64,000 bases of DNA from positions 139 through 64,138 of the forward strand of contig DAOPYQ010000011.1 in NCBI GenBank assembly GCA_035352955.1, in the 5' to 3' direction. The notes under the pieces were generated by a model. The model saw only the letters and a list, made by a program, of their open reading frames with translations, was not told the origin of the DNA and ran no database searches. Below, piece by piece: positions 57,810-64,000 of the stretch (the first letter of the stretch is position 1; every line of letters starts with the position of its first letter). The translations under genes and the position numbers were made by a program. This DNA comes from Candidatus Omnitrophota bacterium. Its GTDB lineage: Bacteria > Omnitrophota > Omnitrophia > Omnitrophales > Aquincolibacteriaceae.

Positions 57810-58244
57810 TCAGGAGCGGAACACCATCGCGGTCGCGATCCCGGCAATGACAAATTCCGCCAAAGCACCCGCGAACCAGCCCAAGCCGAGGCTTAAAGGG
57901 ACTGGCATGATGGCATACATGGAAAAACCCATCGGAAGAGAAAAAAGAAGCCCGACCACGAGACCGAACCGGAGTCCCTGCCCCAGCCACGGCTTACCCG
58001 CTTCCCAACCTTTGCCGTAAAGCCAGACAAAAAGGAACGCGATCAGCGCGTCCACAACCCAAATGATCCACGCGAGCCCGGAAAGGGCCTCCGCCGAGCG
58101 CCACAGATGAGCCGTTTCCGCGTAAAGGTCCCGCAGCAGGATGCCGTGAAGCACAAAATCCAGAACGGTGAACAGCACAAAGACCACAACGGACGCAAGG
58201 AGCGTTTTTTTAACTTGCATAGCGCCTCCTTTTTTATTTTCCAA
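57810..58244 (-). CDS. Small 4-TM membrane protein
   Basis: Four hydrophobic helices; its start overlaps the stop of 58234..58995. Confidence 0.5.
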   Translation of the reverse strand: MENKKGGAMQVKKTLLASVVVFVLFTVLDFVLHGILLRDLYAETAHLWRSAEALSGLAWIIWVVDALIAFLFVWLYGKGWEAGKPWLGQGLRFGLVVGLLFSLPMGFSMYAIMPVPLSLGLGWFAGALAEFVIAGIATAMVFRS

Positions 58245-58995
58245 GCCGTCCGAAGGTTTTGACCATCGGAGCGCTGGAGATCTTCATCGTCCCCGAAAGG
58301 GGTTTCCCCATTTCCAGGATCAGGAATATCGCCCCCGCTACGGAGATCGCGCAAACAAAGAAAACAACGATCAAGGTTCCGTTGCGCGGAGCCAAAAGCC
58401 CGAAACAGATAAAAAGAACGGTCGACCAGAATATCAGCATCCCGAGGAAGATCGACGGAAGCGAGGTCTGGAGTTGTTCAAAAAGCAGCCACCGGATCTC
58501 CGACATTTCATCGCTAATTTCAAGGGCCTTAGCCTGGAGAGATCTTTGGAGATCGTTCTGGGGAACCAGATCGCGCAGGGCTTTCTGGATCTCTTCGAAT
58601 TTGACGGTTTTCCGCGGAAGATCCGCTTCAGGGAGTTTCGCGGACGCTTCAGGCCAAGCCTTCGCGATCCGGTTCCTGAGCAAGTTTTTCAAAAGGACGC
58701 GGACCCCTCGGGCTTCCGGGCCATAATTCGCCAAAACACCGTCCATCATAAGGAACTTCGCGCCGCTTTGCGTGACCATCGTGTTGGTCGCGTCAAAAGA
58801 ACCCTTCGCAGTGCTGATGAGCAGGCCCAGCACGAGCGCTGTCAGCGTCGCGACCAACCCGGCCCCCAATTTCACGGCTTCCTTCGCATCGGCATTAAGG
58901 TGATGCCCCGGCAATACTTCACGAAGAAAAAAACCCAAAAGCGACCCGCTAAACACGCAGGCAAAGACGATCAAACTGACCCCGATCGAATTCAT
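58234..58995 (-). CDS. Membrane protein with terminal TM pairs (DUF4239-like)
   Basis: N- and C-terminal TM pairs around a helical soluble core. Confidence 0.5.
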   Translation of the reverse strand: MNSIGVSLIVFACVFSGSLLGFFLREVLPGHHLNADAKEAVKLGAGLVATLTALVLGLLISTAKGSFDATNTMVTQSGAKFLMMDGVLANYGPEARGVRVLLKNLLRNRIAKAWPEASAKLPEADLPRKTVKFEEIQKALRDLVPQNDLQRSLQAKALEISDEMSEIRWLLFEQLQTSLPSIFLGMLIFWSTVLFICFGLLAPRNGTLIVVFFVCAISVAGAIFLILEMGKPLSGTMKISSAPMVKTFGRLGK

Positions 58996-59268
58996 ATTTT
59001 CTCCTTTTTTGAGAAAAAGATATTGAAGGCTGGCAATAAGTTTTTTGAGGGAATATTGCGTCTCGCATTGATCTTTAGCATCGGGTTTATATTCTAGCCA
59101 CCCAAAAACAAAAAAGCCACCTATTCAGACTACGGACTACTCCTGGATCTCAATGCTCCGGGACGGCTTCGGCAGAAACTTGACGCTTCTGTCCGAGCCG
59201 AGCCTAGAGATCATAGCTTACGGCTGTCGCTTAATCTCCGACCTTTATAGCATACCCTTCTTGAAGGA

Positions 59269-59565
59269 TTAAACTATTGAGGTATTGCTCTTTCCCTTCC
59301 TTATTCCTAAACCAGACATCTGCGACAGATCTTCCGTATTTGTCACCGGAGGGGGTGGTTTTGAGGAGGATCTTCGTTCCCGCTGGAAGCACTCGTGCCC
59401 GGTTAGCACCAGTACGGCCAGCCGGATCTTGGAGATCCGTGCAGGCCAGGAGTTTTGCGACGAAGCGTTTGGCGGCTTCGCCTTCAGGGCTGCCATTGCT
59501 CGTCCATTTAGAATAAACAACATCAGCGACAACGATGTCGCTAAGTAAAAATCGGCTCCCTTTAA
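59269..59565 (-). pseudogene. Start-less fragment encoding the C-terminal part of a staphylococcal-nuclease (SNase) domain
   Basis: The minus frame reads ...SPEGEAAKRFVAKLL...GTKILLKTTPSGDKYGRSVADVWF...YLNSLILQEGYAIKV. It has no start codon and begins directly at the stop of 59562..60383. It shares two near-identical blocks with 62973..63998. Confidence 0.5.
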
Positions 59566-60383
59566 CCTCTTAAAAGATCTTCGAGGCGTTCGCGGATATC
59601 CCGGATGACCGTTTCAACCGGCGGAAGGCCCGCGATCTGTTTGGCGAGCCGTATCTCCCACCGGTTTTTATAAGTTTGGCTGTTCAAATGAGTATTCAGG
59701 ACCGCCGGAGATGGTTCATAGCCATACTTTTGTTTGAAAGCTTTTTTGACCCGGCCAAGGTTAAAATCGAATTGATCGAGACGATTCAGCAAGAACCAAA
59801 TGTCAAAAATATCCCTCGGTTCTTTCCTGGTAGTGTCCATGAGCATGCCTAATTTACCGGCAAGAATGGTATTCAAAGTCATGACCGGAAAAGTTTCATG
59901 GCTATTTTTTAAGTCGCTGTAAGACGCGAAAAGCTTGCCGCTTTCCGTGTCGCCATAAAGCTCCATGTCCATGGCAAGATCCAGCCGGACTTCTTTGGGC
60001 GCTCCGATGATCTCGTCGTATCCGGAGTATTCGATAAAGATCTGCGTTCTCGTGCCTTGAGAAAGAATTCGTTCAGAGTCAATGGCCATGGACAAATTGG
60101 CTTCCTCTTTAGCCTTTTTCAAGCAACGAACTGTTTCAGTCACGAGAAAGTCTTGCCCAAGTGTTTTGGCGCTGATCAAATCTATATCTTCGGAATATCT
60201 GTGGTCTTCAAAATGCATGCGCTTGATAGCGGTGCCGCCATAGAAAACAAAATCGTCTTTCATTTTGCTGGCCGAAAGACATTTTAAGATCCAGCAAATA
60301 ACGTAATCCTTTTCAACGGTCTCTGCCGGAACCTTATTCTTCCCTGCCAGGTTGTTAATCTCAATAAACGGTATCATCCCCAC
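59562..60383 (-). CDS. Nucleotidyltransferase toxin, AbiEii/AbiGii family (DUF1814)
   Basis: EKDYVICWILKCL...FVFYGGTAIKRMHF...YSEDIDLIS are DUF1814 motifs; overlaps the upstream AbiEi-like gene by 10 nt. Confidence 0.8.
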   Translation of the reverse strand: MGMIPFIEINNLAGKNKVPAETVEKDYVICWILKCLSASKMKDDFVFYGGTAIKRMHFEDHRYSEDIDLISAKTLGQDFLVTETVRCLKKAKEEANLSMAIDSERILSQGTRTQIFIEYSGYDEIIGAPKEVRLDLAMDMELYGDTESGKLFASYSDLKNSHETFPVMTLNTILAGKLGMLMDTTRKEPRDIFDIWFLLNRLDQFDFNLGRVKKAFKQKYGYEPSPAVLNTHLNSQTYKNRWEIRLAKQIAGLPPVETVIRDIRERLEDLLRG

Positions 60384-61201
60384 ACGCTCGCTTTCAACTC
60401 TTCCGGATCAAGATTGATCCGGAGCTCTAAGCGTTTCAAAGCTTTTCCTTCTTTCGGGCTCTGCGGATCAAGAACAATATAGCTTTCTGTTTTTTTAATA
60501 AGCTTCAAAAATTCAGGAAGCCAGTCGGATCCAAGTTTTAAAGTTTCCAAAACAAATCCCAGCCGTTTGATCGCGGCATTTGTTCTGAAACGCATTGCGT
60601 ACTGATTAAGTTTTTTGAAGTTAATCCTTTTCTGCGCTGTCCAAAGGCCCCGAGCCACTTCGGTAACACCGCCGCAAAGCTCAGGACGGTCAAAACCATC
60701 AAGGATCGTCCTTTCTAGATCGCTGATGCGTACCCGCTCCTGTTTAGTGGCCCAATAATTTTCATCTCCCCAAAAATGCGCCTTTTTCGAATAGATAAAT
60801 TGGTAAGTGATGTCGCTCAACGTCTTTTTTCTTTTTCGTTTTAGCGTGGTAAGAAAAACACTGTTGAGCGGATGTGTTGTCATTCCATGGATCCTCATAG
60901 CGCTGTAATGAGAAATAAAATAGGCGTCGTTTCCGGCAAGTTCTCTTGCGATCACGGGCCAGTTTTTCAGCTGTGCGTTTTCATTACCTGTTTGTAAAAG
61001 CAAATAAACGCCGGCTTTAACACGAACAAGAATTCCACGCTGAACAAGATCGCTTAAAAATGCTCCGGTGGCAAAACGGTTTTTACCATAGATTTGCATA
61101 GCCTCTGTGATGGAAAAGATGGTCTTACCGTGTTGGGTGAGCCTTGCAATAAAAGAAGCGCTGACAGGACCTATAGTCTTAGAGGATGGGTTTTGGTTCA
61201 T
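60374..61201 (-). CDS. AbiEi-family type IV antitoxin / transcriptional regulator
   Basis: Start at the internal MNQNPSSK, 7 nt after a TTGACA-N16-TAAAAT promoter. N-terminal winged HTH plus an AbiEi C-terminal domain. Confidence 0.75.
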   Translation of the reverse strand: MNQNPSSKTIGPVSASFIARLTQHGKTIFSITEAMQIYGKNRFATGAFLSDLVQRGILVRVKAGVYLLLQTGNENAQLKNWPVIARELAGNDAYFISHYSAMRIHGMTTHPLNSVFLTTLKRKRKKTLSDITYQFIYSKKAHFWGDENYWATKQERVRISDLERTILDGFDRPELCGGVTEVARGLWTAQKRINFKKLNQYAMRFRTNAAIKRLGFVLETLKLGSDWLPEFLKLIKKTESYIVLDPQSPKEGKALKRLELRINLDPEELKASVWG

Positions 61202-61208
61202 CGGTGGT

Positions 61209-61236
61209 ATTTTATGTACAGATTTAAGGCTGTCAA
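61209..61236 (-). promoter_or_regulatory. Sigma-70-like promoter giving a (near-)leaderless abiEi transcript
   Basis: Minus-strand sense TTGACA (61236-61231), 16 nt, TAAAAT (61214-61209), ATG at 61201. Confidence 0.5.
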
Positions 61237-61550
61237 CCTTAATTTTGCACACAAAATACCATTTTTAAGCTTTTAAGGGCCCCTTGGAGCCTTGCTTTAT
61301 CTCGTAAGAGTGCGCTGTAAATGTGGCCGCTGTAGTAGAAAGGTACCGGGTACCGAGCATTTGATCCTGTTGATCAAATACGATTGCCGCCGCTTTCATT
61401 GTGCGCCGTGTGCACCACAGGTGCTATTTAATTGCGGCATCGGGGACAAGTTAATCTTCCATCCGTACGGCGTCCCAAAAAGAGGAGTTAGTCCCCTGCT
61501 CCTGATCCTCAACCCTATCTTGTCAGCTTTTAGACTGCAGGCTACAACCT

Positions 61551-62150
61551 TTAGTCCTCAATCAAGGTCGTGCCGGGCTCGGAAATAAAACCTGCGGCCG
61601 AACGCCAGCTCTGAGCCAAGGGTCCTTCCGCGTATTCGTATGGCTTCGCCCCCAGCGCTTTCCGGATCTTTTCGAGGGTCCCGGAACGAGGATTCGTGAG
61701 GCCTTTTTCGATCTTGGCGATATATTGCTGGGTGAGCCCTGTTTTCGCCGCCAACTCCGATTGGGTCATCTTTTTGGAACGGCGGAGGGCCCGCAAGGAT
61801 TCCCCCGCCCGTTTTTGTGCCGGGTCGATCCGGACCGCGGCCGTGGGGCGGACGAAGGGCGTCCCTTGTGACTTGAGCTCCCTGGCGAGATGTTCATAGG
61901 CCCCCTGCCAGAAAATGACGCGCTCCCGGTTCCGACTGTCTTTCCGCATCTCGCGTTTTATCCCGGGCCAATGCATGAGAAAAAGTTCCCGGCTGAGGTA
62001 ATCGCGGAAGATCTCCCGCGGCAGATTCGCCGTGGCCAAGCGTCTGGCCGCGTAAATGAAGAAGCGCGGGTCCGCAGGGTCCTTCAGGATCACGCGAGCT
62101 TCGGCGTCGGTACTTTTTAAATTCCACAACCAGCTTTTTTCAACGGTCAT
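61551..62150 (-). CDS. XRE-family HTH protein with an uncharacterised N-terminal domain
   Basis: C-terminal Cro/C1 HTH (MTQSELAAKTGLTQQYIAKIEKG). Start at MTVEKSW, 1 nt after the stop of the upstream nucleotidyltransferase gene, with a GGAGGG Shine-Dalgarno inside it. The ORF-track 5' extension is the overlap frame. Confidence 0.55.
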   Translation of the reverse strand: MTVEKSWLWNLKSTDAEARVILKDPADPRFFIYAARRLATANLPREIFRDYLSRELFLMHWPGIKREMRKDSRNRERVIFWQGAYEHLARELKSQGTPFVRPTAAVRIDPAQKRAGESLRALRRSKKMTQSELAAKTGLTQQYIAKIEKGLTNPRSGTLEKIRKALGAKPYEYAEGPLAQSWRSAAGFISEPGTTLIED

Positions 62151-62151
62151 T

Positions 62152-62874
62152 TTAGAAAAGCCCTCCGTAAAGCCGTTCGATCTCCCGCGCGAAATACCGG
62201 TCGATCTCGCGGAATTCGACCGGGTTTGAGGTCCGGATCTCCGCAAGTTCGATCTTGATCGCGGTCCGGTCAAAGGATCGGAACCAATTGCACAACCCTT
62301 CGATCCGAAGGTCATCGCAGTGTTTTTGAGCGAAAGAGGCGAGCGGTTCGGCCCGCAGAGACAAATGATACAGGTCAAAAAGATCGCGGGCGGTCTGACG
62401 GCCCCCTTCCGTGACCGTCCGGCCCGTCACGCCCGGCTTTGCGATCACTCCCGTCACGGCAAAGATCTTGCGCAGGTAAATGTCCGCGAGCGAAAGGACG
62501 GGAATGCCGTTCACTTCCATTAGCGGTTCCAAAAGATCATGGACATCCCTGACAAAGTCGATCCTCAAGGCATTCTTCCGGTCGATCGCAAGGTCGTAGC
62601 GGCGGATATCCGCAAACTTTTTTTTGCCCTCTTCCCGGACGGCCACTTTCATTTTTTTGCGCGTCCGGCTTTCGAGATGGGCGGCGATCCCGTCCACTTG
62701 CGCGGGGTCGTATTTCTGGGAGAAAAAATCCAGATCGTAAGACTCCCGGTGATGCTGGAAATGATAATTCGACAAAGCCGTCCCGCCTGCCAGGTAAAAT
62801 CCGTCCATCTTGCCGGACAAGACCTTCAGGACCTGTTCCTGCGCTTTAAGGATCCTTTGCATTTCGCTCTTCAT
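62152..62874 (-). CDS. Nucleotidyltransferase, AbiEii-like (DUF1814), second copy
   Basis: FYLAGGTALSNYHFQHHRESYDLDFFS. Start at MKSEMQRIL (62874), immediately downstream of a TTGAAA-N17-TATTAT promoter. Confidence 0.7.
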   Translation of the reverse strand: MKSEMQRILKAQEQVLKVLSGKMDGFYLAGGTALSNYHFQHHRESYDLDFFSQKYDPAQVDGIAAHLESRTRKKMKVAVREEGKKKFADIRRYDLAIDRKNALRIDFVRDVHDLLEPLMEVNGIPVLSLADIYLRKIFAVTGVIAKPGVTGRTVTEGGRQTARDLFDLYHLSLRAEPLASFAQKHCDDLRIEGLCNWFRSFDRTAIKIELAEIRTSNPVEFREIDRYFAREIERLYGGLF

Positions 62875-62935
62875 GGTCAAATAATACAACCAAAAAGTTG
62901 TATTTTCAAGCATTTTACATACTTTTGGTTGTATT
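62875..62935 (-). promoter_or_regulatory. AT-rich promoter with a 15-bp inverted-repeat operator for the nucleotidyltransferase/HTH pair
   Basis: -35 TTGAAA (62909-62904), 17-nt spacer, -10 TATTAT (62886-62881), ATG 6 nt later. Inverted-repeat arms ATACAACCAAAAAGT (62884-62898) and ACTTTTGGTTGTAT (62921-62934). Confidence 0.5.
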
Positions 62936-62972
62936 TTTGTCGTAACTTATTTAAATAGAATGATTTATAATT

Positions 62973-63998
62973 TTAATACTTGACGATAACGGCGAGTCCC
63001 GCTTGGAGCAGTTCGTTATTCAGATACTGGTCTCCAATGAACACGTCGGCGACATATCTTCCGTATTTGTCACCGGAAGGGGTGGTTTTGAGAAGGATCT
63101 TTGTTCCCACGGGAAGGAGTTTTGCGACGAAGCGTTTGGCGGCTTCGCCTTCAGGGCTGCCAAGCTCGGGACAATCGAGACCGCGCAGGCGCAGTTTTTC
63201 ACGGACCCGGGTGTCAAATCCCGCGTCAATGACGGCCCAGATCGTGTCGCCGTCGATGACACGCTCCACGATGGCTTCATAGGCGTACGCGGGTTTGTCC
63301 GTCACGGTGACGCTTTCATACCGGGCTTTTGTCACTTCACGATAAACATAGAACCCGCAGTCGATCATCGTTCCCGTTCCGGACGCGATCTCCCCTTTTT
63401 TGTACGTGTGAAGCCTGAGGTCTTTGGGAGGGACCAATAACTCCGCCGAACGGATATCGGATGACGGATGATGCAAACCGTTTGTCGTCACCCTCCCTCC
63501 GCCATCCTCTTCCCTCTCTTTGAGATTTTCTTCGACTTCTTCGCGAACAAGCTCATGCCGGACCAGTTCACGGACTTCGTCGCGTTTGAGACCTTCTTCA
63601 ACGGCCTTTTGTTCTATAGCAAGCCGCTGTTTTTTGTTCCGGACCGGAAGAAGTTCAATATGGTGAGCCCAGGTCAATTCGTGCGCGGGCGCACATTTTG
63701 GATTGTTCAGGTAGAATTGCCTCATCCGCCGCAAATGAGACTCGGAAAGATCCCGGCCTAACCGTTTCGAAAGATCCTCCGAAACTTTCGGGATGATATT
63801 GTCCCCGTACGCGGCACGGATCGCGCCTTTTTGTTCGACCTCGACGATGCACTTTCCGATTTCCCAATAGGCCTTGATCAGGGCTTTCCTCGCGCCTTCG
63901 TAGAGCGAGACGATATCCGTGACAAGTTTTTTATAGGCAGACTTCACCAGCGGGTTCGGCATTAGCGGGAATTTTACTACAAATCGCCTACAGCTCAA
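62973..63998 (-). CDS. DUF1016_N (YhcG-type N-terminal domain) fused to a C-terminal staphylococcal-nuclease (SNase/thermonuclease) domain
   Basis: N-terminus ...YWEIGKCIVEVEQKG...SESHLRRMRQFY is DUF1016_N-like. C-terminus VIDGDTIWAV...LRLRGLDCPELGSPEGEAAKRF...DKYGRYVADVF is the SNase fold. The ORF-track start is TTG at the window edge; the internal ATG at 63962 (MPNPLVKS) is the likely start unless the ORF continues beyond the window. Confidence 0.65.
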   Translation of the reverse strand: MSCRRFVVKFPLMPNPLVKSAYKKLVTDIVSLYEGARKALIKAYWEIGKCIVEVEQKGAIRAAYGDNIIPKVSEDLSKRLGRDLSESHLRRMRQFYLNNPKCAPAHELTWAHHIELLPVRNKKQRLAIEQKAVEEGLKRDEVRELVRHELVREEVEENLKEREEDGGGRVTTNGLHHPSSDIRSAELLVPPKDLRLHTYKKGEIASGTGTMIDCGFYVYREVTKARYESVTVTDKPAYAYEAIVERVIDGDTIWAVIDAGFDTRVREKLRLRGLDCPELGSPEGEAAKRFVAKLLPVGTKILLKTTPSGDKYGRYVADVFIGDQYLNNELLQAGLAVIVKY

Positions 63999-64000
63999 AG

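Noticed and set aside
57254-57868. 204-aa minus-strand ORF spanning the truncated-lipoprotein region
   Set aside because: Crosses the intergenic gap and the 3' end of the GT-C gene, has odd composition and no motifs. Treated as spurious.
61253-61550. Possible small ORFs (45 to 98 codons) in the AT-rich gap between the HTH gene and the AbiEi-like gene
   Set aside because: No Shine-Dalgarno and atypical codon usage. The region is better explained as promoter/operator DNA for the AbiEi-like gene.
59000-64000. Possible integron cassette array (small co-oriented toxin-antitoxin genes)
   Set aside because: No attC-like R''/R' core sites (RYYYAAC / GTTRRRY imperfect palindromes) could be found in the intergenic gaps, and there is no intI. 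The repeats that are present lie inside coding sequence.
1-64000. CRISPR arrays, rRNA genes, transposases or integrases
   Set aside because: No regularly spaced direct repeats, no rRNA-like conserved stretches, and no transposase or integrase motifs were seen by eye. Absence cannot be proven without tools.

Overview
High-GC (roughly 60%) chromosomal segment of a diderm (Gram-negative-type) bacterium. It is almost entirely coding and most genes lie on the minus strand. Everything below is read from the sequence and the ORF translations by eye; no database searches were run. Main content: (1) one contiguous phosphate-acquisition supercluster: phoB-phoR, phoU, pstS-pstC-pstA with two tandem pstB paralogues, a phosphate-porin-like outer-membrane protein, and Pit plus a DUF47 partner. 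Two identical direct-repeat Pho-box candidates sit upstream of pstS and of the porin. (2) Two separate ETF / ETF-quinone oxidoreductase electron-transfer modules, one with a fused EtfB-EtfA polypeptide, the other with an acyl-CoA dehydrogenase. (3) An ECF sigma / anti-sigma / Spy-CpxP-like / rubrerythrin envelope-stress module with a sigmaE-type promoter. (4) A plus-strand operon at 50.8-57.3 kb: GT9 heptosyltransferase, radical-SAM protein, a membrane-anchored alkaline-phosphatase-superfamily domain fused to a SAM methyltransferase, and a GT-C glycosyltransferase. This looks like an uncharacterised envelope-glycan or lipid A modification system. (5) A lower-GC accessory island at about 57.3-64 kb. 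It starts at a truncated lipoprotein gene and carries two nucleotidyltransferase (AbiEii-like) toxin-antitoxin-type modules with leaderless AT-rich promoters. The modules are flanked by two near-identical pieces of staphylococcal-nuclease (SNase) domain sequence, one in a DUF1016_N-SNase fusion gene. No rRNA, tRNA or CRISPR array was recognised.
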